Part shown: piece after piece, positions 8,709-18,963 of the stretch | Layout of the letters: each line of letters opens with the position of its first letter | Numbering within the stretch: position 1 is the first letter of the stretch | DNA from: a virus | Lineage: Duplodnaviria; Caudoviricetes | Strand: one strand, 5' to 3' | Length of the DNA stretch: 59,152 bases | Virus record (IMG/VR): IMGVR_UViG_3300043764_000029 | Span: 1 to 59,152 of that record | Translations under genes and position numbers: made by a program | The notes under the pieces: generated by a model | What the model was told of the DNA's origin: nothing | What the model saw: the letters and a program-made list of their open reading frames with translations, nothing else | Databases searched by the model: none

Positions 8709-9960
8709 TCAGCCGTTGAACTGCGGGCAGCCGTACTGGTGCAAGTCGGCGTTGTCGGGGCAGAGACAGCTGTCGGCGGCCTTGGCGACGAACTCCATGC
8801 CGCTCTTCTCCGCCCACCGGCGGGCACGGCGCTCTTCGTCGGCCGCGCAGTGGGCCGCGAAGTCGACGTAGCCGTAGACGTGGTAGGCGACGGGCCCGAA
8901 CTTGATCTCGGCGGACAGGTTGCCTTCCGCGTCGGCGGAGACTCCGAGGCCGAACCGGTCGGCGAACTCGCGCACGGCGGCGTTGGTGTGCAGCGGGAGC
9001 AGGACCCGCTCGCGGGTCGGGTGCGGGTACTGCGGGTTGGCGTCGAGCCAGTCGGCGAGCTGGCGCAGGGCGTTGGTGAACTCGGCGCGGGCGGTGTCGG
9101 TCACGGGGTCCTCTCAAGGTCGGGCGGTGCACCGGCAGCTGGTCGGCTGAGTGCCTCGGAGGGCGCACGTCGCGGGTACGCGCACCCGGGTGGCGATCAG
9201 GCGAAGCAGGTGAAGTCGAAGGTGACGTCGCCGCCGTTCGCGTCGAGGACCTCGATGTCCCACGCGGCGTCCCGGTCGGCCATCCGCATCACGACGGCGC
9301 CGACGCGCTCGATCCCGCTGGCGGTGAGCTCGCGCTCACGGCGGCCGGACTCGGTCACGTAGCGGAGCTTGTAGGTCGGGGCAAGGCCGAGGTACTTGCC
9401 GGTGAAGTAGCCGGGGATGGCGTCGGCGCACTCCCGCCAGGAGGGGCGGTTGCGGTCGCTGCGGACCTGGGCGACGCCGTGCTCGGGTCCGGTGAGGGTG
9501 TGGGCGGTGTAGGCGACGAGGTGCACGCGCATGGGTGGCTCCTGAGGTCGGGTGGTGCGCGGGTGGGTGGTCGGGAGGTGGCGGCCCTGTCGGGGGCCGG
9601 GGCCGCCGGTCTGTGGGTGCGTCAGGCGGCGAGGGCGAGGCGGGCGGCGACGGTCTTGTACTCGGCCTTGCGGGGCCGGTAGGCGGTCACGATCAGCGCG
9701 ACCTGGGCGGGGGTGAAGGCGCGGGCGTCGCGCATGTGGCGTCCGGCGTGGACGCGGATCTCGCTGCCGGTGATGGCGAGCTTCTTCGCGGCGGTTCGGA
9801 GGGACCCGGCGACGGAGCGGGCCTCGCGGGTGGTGAGGCCCTGGGCGGCGGCGTGGGTGGCGAGGGTGGCGGAGCCGTTGCGGGCGAGGCGGGAGGCGGC
9901 GCGGTTGGTGCGGGCGCGGTCGCGGAGGATCTGGCGGGCCTTGCGGGTGTTGGCGTTCAT
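8709..9960 (-). CDS. Three hypothetical proteins heading the operon (9622..9960; 9197..9532; 8709..9104)
   Basis: Each has a GGAG/GAGG RBS and GC3-rich codons. Confidence 0.7.
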
Positions 9961-10003
9961 CTGATCCTCCGTGGGTGGTGGGCCCGTTGTGGGGCGATGA
10001 CTC

Positions 10004-10090
10004 CATACTTGCATCATCATGATGCAACGTCAAGTGTCATGACATGGATGCATCCTTGCGTTACAATTCCTATGTCTACCAGGGATGCAA
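10004..10090. promoter_or_regulatory. Divergent promoter with palindromic operators
   Basis: TTGCATCAT-C-ATGATGCAA (10009-10027) lies between minus-strand TTGACG and AAGTAT (17-nt spacer); TGTCATGACA 10035, GGATGCATCC 10046. Confidence 0.7.
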
Positions 10091-10113
10091 CTAGGCGTGG
10101 CATCATCGAGGGC

Positions 10114-10401
10114 ATGACGAGTACCGAGAAGAAGCAGGAGGCGGCGCGTGACCAGCTCGCCGAGCTCAGCGCTGCCTACACCGAGGCGGAGACCGCGCTC
10201 GACGCCGCACGCGAGGCGCTGAACGCGGGCATCGTCTCGGTGCTGAAGGCCAAGACTCTCGGCCCTTCCGAGGTCACTCGGATCGTGCCCTACGAGCGGC
10301 AGCACGTCGGCCGCATCGCCAAGGCCGCAGGCGTCCCACCACTGCGCGAACGCACCGTCGTAAGCGCCAAGAAGGCCGCCGGAGGGGACTCCTCCGAGTA
10401 G
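10114..10401 (+). CDS. Small coiled-coil/HTH regulator (Kor-like)
   Basis: LGPSEVTRIVPYERQHVGRIAKAAGVPP; divergent from the operon. Confidence 0.7.
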   Translation: MTSTEKKQEAARDQLAELSAAYTEAETALDAAREALNAGIVSVLKAKTLGPSEVTRIVPYERQHVGRIAKAAGVPPLRERTVVSAKKAAGGDSSE

Positions 10402-10414
10402 GCCCGGAGGAAGC

Positions 10415-10906
10415 ATGGCGAAGAGTCTGGGACGAACTGCCCTGTATCGGCTGTACGACGAGGCCGGGAGTTTGCTGTACGTGGGCATCACGGGGAACCT
10501 TGACGCTCGTTGGGGTCAGCACTCGGTCAAGGCCAAGTGGTGGTCGGAGGTGGCTGAGCGGACCGTCGAGTGGCACGAGACGCGCGCTCTGGCAGAAGCC
10601 GCCGAGCGTGTGGCCATTGCTTCGGAGCGCCCTCGCTGGAATGTCCATCACCAGCGCCCGGCGGCCGCGAGCCTTGGTGGTGAGCCGTTGGCGTGGGACC
10701 GGGCTCAGATCTTCAAGCGGTTCAAAAAGGCGCGAGAGGCTCGCTTGGCCCTGCACGGTACGGTCACCGAGACGGCCGTTGAGGAGCTTCGGAAGGGTGC
10801 CACCCCGCAGAAGCTTGCCGAGTTGACCGGCCTCAGCAGCGAGTTTTTCCGGAAGCTCGCCCGCGAGGCTGGCATTCCTCCGCGAAGGAGCAGTAGCGGC
10901 CGCTGA
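10415..10906 (+). CDS. GIY-YIG nuclease-family domain fused to HTH
   Basis: ALYRLYD..LLYVGIT..R..QH..AE..AI..P.WN, then TPQKLAELTGLS HTH. Confidence 0.8.
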   Translation: MAKSLGRTALYRLYDEAGSLLYVGITGNLDARWGQHSVKAKWWSEVAERTVEWHETRALAEAAERVAIASERPRWNVHHQRPAAASLGGEPLAWDRAQIFKRFKKAREARLALHGTVTETAVEELRKGATPQKLAELTGLSSEFFRKLAREAGIPPRRSSSGR

Positions 10907-10966
10907 CGGCTGCCACTCTCGATGGGCCGCCCGGCGCTCGCCGTGCGGCCCTTCGTGCTGTCCGGG

Positions 10967-11737
10967 TCAGGGTGCTTCTGGGTGCTCGGTGGCGTACCTC
11001 CGCTTGGCGGCTCGGATGACCTCGACGAGCGCGGCCTCGCCGACGCGCCCGAGTGTGCCGGCGCCGCGGACGCGGATGGTGTCGCCGTCGACGGTGACGG
11101 TGTGGCAGGTGTCCACGACCGGCGTCGGCTCGGGGGCGGGCTGCGGGCAGCATTCGGCGCAGGGGCAGCAGAACGGCTGCTCTCGGTAGTTGTGGTAGAC
11201 GACCGGGCCGCCTCCGCAGATGCAGCACGTCTCCGGCTGCGTGCCCGTTCCGTCGAGCAGCCGGAGGATCTCCTCGCCCGCAGCCTGCTCGTTGCCGTCC
11301 CACGCAGGGCCGTCGGCGGCGAGCTTCTGAGCGTAGGCGCGTGCAGCGGCGATGCGGCTTTCGAGAGCGTTCACCTTTGCCCGGTGCCGTTCGTCCGAGC
11401 AGATGAGCGGCGCGCCAGCAGTGTCCTTCCAGGCGGCACGGAGTCGCTCGGCAAATGCGTCGCGGTCGGCGTCGCGCTGCCGCAGTCGGACGAGTTCGGC
11501 CTGGGCGGTCTTGAGCTGACCGCCGAGTTGCTGCACCTGCGCCATGAGCGCGCCCGCGCTCGGATGGGGGAGCCGGCGCTCGGCGGCCCGACGCCGTGCT
11601 GAGTGCCAGGCGGCCCGGAGGCGGTCCTCTTGGCGCGCCCGCTGTCGGTGTACAGCGAGCTCGTCCTCGGCAGACTTCAACGCCTGCCGTGCCTCTTCGA
11701 GTTGCTTGCGGACCTGGTCGTGGTAGTGGTCGGTCAT
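10967..11737 (-). CDS. Coiled-coil/Cys phage hypothetical protein
   Basis: ORF track; coupled to neighbour. Confidence 0.65.
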   Translation of the reverse strand: MTDHYHDQVRKQLEEARQALKSAEDELAVHRQRARQEDRLRAAWHSARRRAAERRLPHPSAGALMAQVQQLGGQLKTAQAELVRLRQRDADRDAFAERLRAAWKDTAGAPLICSDERHRAKVNALESRIAAARAYAQKLAADGPAWDGNEQAAGEEILRLLDGTGTQPETCCICGGGPVVYHNYREQPFCCPCAECCPQPAPEPTPVVDTCHTVTVDGDTIRVRGAGTLGRVGEAALVEVIRAAKRRYATEHPEAP

Positions 11738-12105
11738 CTGGTGGCTCCTGTTCGGGTGTTGAGGATGGCTCGGAGGTCGGCGGCGATGGCCGGCTCGCTG
11801 TTGGCGAGGCGGGCGGCGTAGGTGCGGACGGCGGCGAGTTGGGCTTCGGCTGCGCGGAACATCGCGACGACGAGGCGGGGGCTGGCCATGACGATGTCCT
11901 CGGGGCGGATCTCGCCGAGGTCTAGGGCGAGTTCGACGGCTTCGCCGAGGGTGTGGGCGCCGAGCTTGCGGTAGGCGTTGCTGCGGTGGGTGTTGAGCGT
12001 CTTCCGGGCGCGGCCGGTCTCATGCATCACCGAGGTGATGGTGCGGCCGTTGCCGAGGAGAACGAGGAGGGTGCGCTCGGACGGGGTCAGGAGCCGCCGG
12101 TTCAC
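11734..12105 (-). CDS. LuxR-type HTH regulator
   Basis: LTPSERTLLVLLGNG..KTLNTHRSNAYRKLGA. Confidence 0.8.
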   Translation of the reverse strand: MNRRLLTPSERTLLVLLGNGRTITSVMHETGRARKTLNTHRSNAYRKLGAHTLGEAVELALDLGEIRPEDIVMASPRLVVAMFRAAEAQLAAVRTYAARLANSEPAIAADLRAILNTRTGATR

Positions 12106-12993
12106 TGGCCGAACTCGTCGTTCAGGCGGTCCCACATCCGCTGCCACAGGGCCTGCTCGGCGGCGTCTCGCGTGTACCGCTCGGCCTCCGCCGACACGTC
12201 CCGCTCGTCCTGGCGCCGATCGAGCCGGCGGTCCAGGACGACCGCCGCGCCGAGGATCAGCGCGCAGGCGGCGATCAACACGGCAAGCTGCCACCACGAC
12301 ATCGGCGTCACGACGCCTCCCCACCGGGTCGCGGGTGCGGCCGCAGGTGAACCTCACCGGGCGGCAGCGACTCGTCGATGACGACCGGCAGGTCGGTTAG
12401 TGAGCCGATCTGGCCCAGGGCCCGGGGGAACGCGCTTTGCTGGAAGATCTCGGTCCGCATACGGTGCACCGCCGCAGGGTTCGCGGCGACCTGCTGCACG
12501 GGTTCGGTTCGGACGATGGTCAGGCCAGCGCCCTGGATGGCGGTGACGATCGCGTGCTCCAGACGCAGCTGTTCGGCGAGGAATTCGGCACGGGCTCGGT
12601 CGGCGAGTTCGAGCATGGCGGCCATGGTCGGCGGCTGACTGGTCACTCGGTCACCTCGCCGAGGATCTGCCGTGCCACCGCGAGGGCCCGATCGAGCCCG
12701 ATGTTGATCGGCGCCCACGCAGTGCTGGACACCGTGCTCGCCTCCCACTCCAGCCAGTCGGCGAGGGCGAGCCCAACACCCGGATGCATGAGGGCGATCC
12801 ACTCGGCGTTCGCGCTGTTGCTCGTCGGCTCGTCGACTACGTAGTCGGTGTCGTCGATGCCCGGGTACCGGATGATCCGGTCGCCGCCGTCGAGGCAGAG
12901 CCACGGGCCGGGCGTGATGTCGGGGTCGGTGGCGTGCTCTCGGAGACGCTTCGCAGCGGCGGTGAGGGTCTCGGCGGGCGTCAGGTCGGGCAT
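12102..12993 (-). CDS. Three small proteins (12643..12993 with TPGPW motif; 12308..12646; 12102..12311 TM)
   Basis: GTGA overlaps; ITPGPW..NAEWIALMHP motif. Confidence 0.6.
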
Positions 12994-13108
12994 GTGCTGC
13001 TCCTGGCGGTGAGGGTGGCCGCCGCACGAGACGGCGACCGTGGTTGTCAAGCTCGGTGCGTTAACCGGGCGTTAATCGCCCCCCACGGGGTGGTGGGACG
13101 CTGACGTC

Positions 13109-13437
13109 ATGGCTGATACGGAGCTGGATTCGGTTGCTGTTCTCGCTGCCGCAGTGCTGCGGCATCTCCCTGGGGGTGAGCCTGAGGTCGAGGTGAGTTG
13201 GTTCGACGGCTGGGGGGTTCTGCCGCAGCCGGAGGTGCTGCTGAGGCTTCCTGTGCTACGGGCAGAGGTCTTGGCAGGGGTGCTGGGGCCGGTGGGCGTT
13301 CTGGGTGAGGTGCTGCGGGCCTCGATGTTTGCCCGCGGTCGTGGTCGGTCGTCGGGGGCGTGCACTCGGTCTACATGGACGAGGCGGTGGCGCTGCGGCT
13401 GGCGGCCCTGCTGGACGGGCTGGCCGCCGCACGGTGA
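13109..13437 (+). pseudogene. Counter-oriented inserted gene, probably frameshifted
   Basis: N-terminal frame from ATG 13109; a natural-looking end (VHSVYMDEAVALRLAALLDGLAAAR*) lies in another frame. Confidence 0.4.
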
Positions 13438-13454
13438 CGGCGGCCGGGTGGTGG

Positions 13455-13796
13455 TCAGCGGCGGTCGAGGTCCGACACCCAGGCGGCGCAAACCGCGGAG
13501 ATCTGGATCAGCTCGGCACGCAGCAGCGCCGGGTCGAACTCGGCAAGGGCCTCGTAGACCTCCTCCAGGAGGATTCCGTCCCATGCGGTGCGGCCGTCGC
13601 GGGCGCGGCGTGCGTTGAACTCCTTCCACTGGTCGGCCTTGAAGGCGTACGCGTTCAGCTGCTCTTCGGCGTCCGCCTGCGGGTCGAGGTCGGGGTGGCG
13701 CTGGTCGCCGAACTTCGCGAGCTGCCGGGCGCGTTCGGCGTCGATGGCCTCGGCGAAGTCGCGGACGCCAGGGGTGGAGAACATGGTCGGGTACAT
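13455..13796 (-). CDS. MazG-like NTP pyrophosphohydrolase
   Basis: ERARQLAKFG..ILLEEVYEA..ELIQISAVCAAW. Confidence 0.7.
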   Translation of the reverse strand: MYPTMFSTPGVRDFAEAIDAERARQLAKFGDQRHPDLDPQADAEEQLNAYAFKADQWKEFNARRARDGRTAWDGILLEEVYEALAEFDPALLRAELIQISAVCAAWVSDLDRR

Positions 13797-13848
13797 CGGG
13801 GCTCCTTCAGGTGGGCCGACCGCGCGAGGCGGCCGGGTAGACGGACAG

Positions 13849-14643
13849 TCAGGCGGCTGTGCCGGCCAGTTCCTTCCGGCGCGCGGCCCGGGCGTCCCTG
13901 CAGCGCTGACACGGCGGCACGCCGATGCGGTAGTGGATGCTGTAGCCGGCAGGGGTGCCGCACTCGCCGGTCCAGTCCGGTGCGGCCTGCGGGTCGTCGA
14001 TGGCGCCCTCGTCCCACGCGCCGGGCGGGGCCCAGCCGTTGGATATCGCGTGGTTGCGGGACCGGCTGACCGATGTGGCTGGTACGCCGAGTTCGGCCGG
14101 ATCGGCGAGCCACAGCTCCGTGTACAGGGCGCGCACGGCACGGACGGTGCGCACGAGGACCTGCTCGCGGCGCAGCGTCGAAGCGAAGTTGCTGTCCGTC
14201 AGGCCGAGCCGGGCCGCCAACTGCGACTGCGGCCAGCCCACCGCAACGAGCGCCTGCAGCCGTCGGACCGTGCCCGTCGACGCGACCGGGGTGGCACCCG
14301 GCAGGTTGTCGAAGGTCGGCTCGACGGAGAGGATCGCGGCGGCAGTGGCTGGCCGAATCTGAGTCGGCGGGGGCGTCCCGCGCTCCGGGCGGCCGTGGAG
14401 CAGGTCGCGTACCCGCTTCCGATCGAGGCCGGCGAGGTCAGCGATTGACCGGTCTCCGAAGCCGCAGGCCTTGAGCTGCAAGACGTGCTGCCGAGCCGGT
14501 TCGGCGTCGACGTAGGGCTGCCAGAGGCCGCGGCGCTGCAGTTGCTCGACGTGGTCGCGGTATTGGGCGACGGCCCAGCCGCAGGTGTAGCAGCGGCACC
14601 GGTCAAGCTTGTAGCGGGCGTAGCCGTGCGGGCGGTCGGCCAT
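13849..14643 (-). CDS. Zn-finger/double-HTH phage DNA-binding protein
   Basis: HG..Y..CRC..C N-terminus, two HTH-like segments, C-terminal CGT-GY-H-PCxxC; paralog of 20923..21744. Confidence 0.75.
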   Translation of the reverse strand: MADRPHGYARYKLDRCRCYTCGWAVAQYRDHVEQLQRRGLWQPYVDAEPARQHVLQLKACGFGDRSIADLAGLDRKRVRDLLHGRPERGTPPPTQIRPATAAAILSVEPTFDNLPGATPVASTGTVRRLQALVAVGWPQSQLAARLGLTDSNFASTLRREQVLVRTVRAVRALYTELWLADPAELGVPATSVSRSRNHAISNGWAPPGAWDEGAIDDPQAAPDWTGECGTPAGYSIHYRIGVPPCQRCRDARAARRKELAGTAA

Positions 14644-14655
14644 GGCGGTCTCCTC

Positions 14656-15030
14656 TCAGGCTGCGGGTCGGTGGTTGGCGCGGTACGCGGCCGAGTAGGC
14701 GATCCGCTGCTCGCGGTGCCGCTCGTAGTAGGTGCTCTGGTAGCCGCGGGCCTTCTCCGGGTTCGCGGCCTGCCAGTCGCGGAGGCGCTGGGCGTTGGCC
14801 TCGGAGCAGGCCGGGCACGGCCTGGTCTTGTTGCGGCGGTGGATCTGGTAGCCGGCGTAGGTGCCGCACTTGGAGCGCTCGTACGCCTCGCGGGCCTGGT
14901 TGCAGTCGGAGCAGGGGACTTCGCGAAGGCGGCGGTGTTGGCGCCAGCCCTCGGGGGTGCCGCAGGCGTTGTCGAGGCTGCGAAGGAAGGCGCGCTGCTG
15001 CGGCGTCAGCGGGGTGGAGTAGCGGCCCAC
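14656..15030 (-). CDS. Protein with two CGT-x2-G(W/Y)-x2-H-x6-PC-x2-C repeats
   Basis: CGTPEGWRQH..PCSDC; CGTYAGYQIH..PCPAC. Confidence 0.7.
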   Translation of the reverse strand: MGRYSTPLTPQQRAFLRSLDNACGTPEGWRQHRRLREVPCSDCNQAREAYERSKCGTYAGYQIHRRNKTRPCPACSEANAQRLRDWQAANPEKARGYQSTYYERHREQRIAYSAAYRANHRPAA

Positions 15031-15040
15031 GGCTGGCTCC

Positions 15041-17250
15041 TCAGGGTGTGGTGGTCGGGGCGGAACCGGCGGCGGTGCGGCACTTGGGGCACTGCCAGGT
15101 GTCCATGTGCCCGTGGAGCCAGCCGCGTTCGGCGGCCTTGGTGAAGCGTTCGCTGTTCGGGCAGTGCAGGCCGGAGCAGCGCACCCACTCGTCCGGGTCG
15201 GCGGCGCCCTTGGCGAGGCGGGCGTCTTCGCAGGCGTCTTCTTCTTCGATCGACTGGTGCGGGATCTCGCAGATGGCCCGGGAGGGAAGCGCGGAACCAG
15301 CGGCAACCGCGTCCGCGTAGATCCGCAGGGCGCGAGCTGAGCCGCGGGTGTGCTCGGCGTCCGTCTGGGACTGCTCGTCGTCGAAGCAGTCCTGCTTGCT
15401 GGCGATGTCGTCTAGGACGTCGGCAGCCTTGTGGAAGGCGGCGTGCTGCGCGTTGGCCAGCTCGGCGCGGGTCTGGTCGCGCTGCTCGGTGAGCTTGGCC
15501 AAGACAGGCCGGATGAGCGCAACGCACGTGTTCACCAGCGAGGCCGGTGCAGCGTCGGGCTGCGGCTGATCGGGCCACTCGTACAGGCCGTCGGCGAACA
15601 GGTCGTCGAGGTGCGGTTCCACGTCGATGTCGTCGCGGCGAGCCTGGCGGATCGCGGCGTCACGGCAGCGGGTCATCTCGGCCAGCTCGGCGCGGAGCCG
15701 CTCGACCGTCGGCGAGTGCACGAGGCACACATCGCCGGGGCCGTCGAACGAGCAGCAGCACTTGCCGTTGTCGTCGAAGGACAGCAGCTTCTCCTGCAAC
15801 TCCTCCACGTGCTGCCGCAGCCGGTCCGCTTCGGCGTGCTGGCGCTTGGCCTCCAGCACGGTGGACTCCCACCGCGCCCGGTACGCGGCGGCCTCGCGTT
15901 GGGCGGTCGCGAGTGGGGCGGTGCCGGAGCCGATCTGGTGGACCACCTCGGTGATGCGGCCCATGTCGGCGCCGAGCGCATGGCGGAACGCCATGAGACT
16001 GAGGCGGGCTTCGCGGAGGTCACCGACAGGGTTCGCAGGGCGCTGCCCGGAGCGCAGCCGGTCCAGCTCGGGCTGCACCACGGCGAGCACGGCGTCGCGG
16101 ACGGCGTGGACGCCAGCGGTACCGCCGCAGTCCTGGGTCAGACCGATGGCGCACTCGATCTCGGCGGCGAGTTGCTGGTCGGTGAGCGGGGCGGTCATCG
16201 GGCGTCTCCCTGCTGGCTGAGGGCGTCGGCGAGTTGCTCGTCCGAGGCGTTGTCGAAGGCGTCGTTCCAGTCGACGTAGTCGCCCTGCGCGCGGGCCTCG
16301 GCGTAGCTCTCCCAGCACGGGCCGCACAGCGGGCTCGGGGTGCGGCCCCATTCGGGCTTGGCGGGATGGAGCGTGCGGGGCTGCTTGCAGCGGGCACACG
16401 GGGCGGTAGCGGTCATCGGGCCACCGCCTCGGCCGGCGCGGCGAGGGTGGGGCAGTCGTGGTGGTGGACGACGTGGAGCACACCAACGGCGTAGGGCGGC
16501 CGCTGGCACGCCGGGCACTGCCGGGCGGGGCCGAAGGCCTCGCCGTAGACCTCGGTCCGGATGTCGTAGCGGTCGGGGGCGCTGACCTCGTGCCAGGCAG
16601 TGATCTCAGTCTCGCCTTCGAGCCGCTCGTACCAAGAGCCGTCGTCCTTGACGCTGGTGAGGGCGTCGTCGGCGTCGTCTGCTTCGACCCAGAGCACGTA
16701 GCGCTGGGTGACGTCGATGATGACGGGGTAACGGTCCTGCTCGTACGCCCGGAAGGGGTCGATGCGCTCGGCGTGGTCGCGGAGGCGTTCGGCGAGCTGC
16801 TCGACGGCGTTGCGGTCGAGGCGATCGCCAGGGTTGAGCTCGTGGACCTCGAACAGCTCGGTGAGGTCTTCGTTCAGCAGGGTGTTGGCGCGGGCGATGC
16901 GTTCGGCGATGATGGCGCGGGGGTCGGTGGTCACGTCAGTTCTCCTGGGCGGTGATCGAGCGGGCGGCGTGCAGTCGGTCGCAGATCTCGTGCAGGGTGT
17001 CGAGGTGCCACAGCGGGCCGATCACCGTGCCTGCGGTCTCGGCGGCTTCGGTGAGGACCTGGTCCCGGTAGGCGGCGAGCAGGCGGTCAACCTCGGCGCG
17101 GTTCTCACCGGCTAGCCGCAGCACGGCATACAGCTCGTCGCGGGCGCTGAGGTTCGGCTGGTCGTCGTCGGGCTCGGCGGCCGGCTTGTAGGCGGGCAGG
17201 GCGGTCCCGTCCGCGACGTGCGCGGGGTCGAAGGCGGCGGGGTGGGTCAT
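15041..17250 (-). CDS. Four hypothetical proteins (16936..17250; 16413..16934; 16195..16416; 15041..16198)
   Basis: Coupled minus-strand ORFs with high-GC codon bias. Confidence 0.65.
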
Positions 17251-17327
17251 CGTGGGCTCCTACGGGGTGTCAGGCGGGCGTGTGGCGGGTGGTGTGGGTA
17301 TGCGGCGTGCGGGGCGTCTGCGGACGC

Positions 17328-18220
17328 TCAGGCGGCCTCCGCAGCGGCGTTCCGGGCGGCATGCCGAGCGATGCGGGTCGGCACCTCGAGACCGGCCCTC
17401 TCGAATTCCTCGACGAGGAGCCGGTCGAACTCGGCACGGTGGCTCCCAATCAGCCGGTCGATGGCGCGTTCTCCGGCCGCCGCGCGGGCCTCGGCGCCCG
17501 TGGTTCCTGCGAGGCGAAGGCGCTCCTGCTCGCGTCCCCAGGCGAGGTGGGCTTCGCAGCGGAGCTTCTTCGCCTCGGTGCGGCGGTCGTTGACGAACTG
17601 CTGGACGCGAAGGATTCGCTGCCGCCACTGGTTGGTCTCTTCGCTGTGGTCGCCCTTGCGCGCGGCCAGCTGCTGCTGCAATTCGAGGTTCAGGTTGGCG
17701 AGTGCGCCCAGCCACCGGTCGAGGTTGATCCGATGACGAAGGGCTGCGGCCTGCTGCGGGGTGGCCTGTCCTCGGACTTCGCTGCCGACGATCCTGAGGA
17801 ATTCGCCGTCGTCGAGGGCGGTGACCTGCTGGGTGACGGTCGGGTCTTCGACTGGTGCCGCAGGTGCGGGCTTGCTGGTCAGGTGATACCAGCCGCAAGA
17901 GCATCCGTACGCATGAAGCGCTTTGCCATACCGCGCGGCGGCGAGTTGGGCAGCGGTCTCGGTTGCGAACCGGCTCTTGGCCGGTGTGGGGCAGGTCGGT
18001 TCGGTCATGTCGGCTCCTGTGTGGGTGGTGGTCAGGCGGCCTTGCGGACGATCCACGCGTCGAGGCGGCTGGGGTGGCTTCCCGTGGTCAGCGGGCGGCC
18101 CTTCGGTGTCGTGCACCGGGCGCCCGGCCGGGCGAGGCACGTTGGGACCGGGCACGGGATCGCCCACTCGGGCGGCTTCTCGCGGCCACTGCGGAGACTG
18201 GGCGGCATCGGGGCGCCCAT
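17328..18220 (-). CDS. Two Zn-finger proteins (18032..18220; 17328..18008)
   Basis: CP..C.A.PG..C..H..R and CPTP.K..Y.C.CGWYHLTS motifs. Confidence 0.7.
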
Positions 18221-18963
18221 CAGGCGCTCCGGCGGCGGTCGTGACCGGTCATCGCGACTACGTCGGTCATCTCGGCCAGCCGGCTGACGATCCGTTCGCC
18301 GAGGACGATGTCCAGACCGGGACCGACGAGGTTCCCGTGGTCGTCGCGGGGCGCCGCCGTCGGGTAGTTGCTGGTGAAGATGCTGGGCTTGCAGCCGTTG
18401 TAGCGGCGGTTGATGAGCCTGTACGTCACCTCCTCGACCCACTCGCTGGCCTTGGCGGAGCCCAGGTCGTCGACGAGGAGGATCGGGATGTCGACCAGCC
18501 GGTCGAGTTCGGCCTCGGTGCCACGGGCACTGCCGCCGGGGCGGAGGGCGCCGTACATGTCGGCGGCGGTGGTGGCGATCAGCTCGTACCGGTGGGGTCC
18601 GGCTTCGGCGATCATCCGGAGGGCCGCCCATGCCTGGTGTGTCTTGCCCGTTCCGGTGGTGCCGGTGAGGAGGAGGGAGCGGGCGTTGTCGGGGTCGTGG
18701 GCGACCTGGTGGGCCCAGGCGCCGATGGCGGCGTTGGCGGCGATGGGCTTGGCGTTGAGGTAGCGGCGGGGAACGGCGGTGGTCCAGCGGGCGAGGGCGA
18801 ACTCGGCGCGGGCGCGGCGGTGGTATTCGGGGTGGCCGGGCATGTCGGGTGTGGGCTCGTCCGGTACGGGGCCGCCTTCGGGGAGGGTGAGGCCGCGGCG
18901 GTCGAGGCGGGCCTGAAGGGCGGCCATGGCGGCGGTGGTGTTCATCCTCTGGGGCTCTGGCAT
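18220..18963 (-). CDS. DnaC/IstB-like AAA+ helicase loader
   Basis: GTTGTGKT Walker A, LLVDDLG Walker B, IFTSN, RIVSRLAEM, G.DRR. Confidence 0.92.
   Translation of the reverse strand: MPEPQRMNTTAAMAALQARLDRRGLTLPEGGPVPDEPTPDMPGHPEYHRRARAEFALARWTTAVPRRYLNAKPIAANAAIGAWAHQVAHDPDNARSLLLTGTTGTGKTHQAWAALRMIAEAGPHRYELIATTAADMYGALRPGGSARGTEAELDRLVDIPILLVDDLGSAKASEWVEEVTYRLINRRYNGCKPSIFTSNYPTAAPRDDHGNLVGPGLDIVLGERIVSRLAEMTDVVAMTGHDRRRSA

Noticed and set aside
18220-18963. IS21 istB transposition helper
   Set aside because: No istA or terminal repeats; it is coupled to a replication initiator
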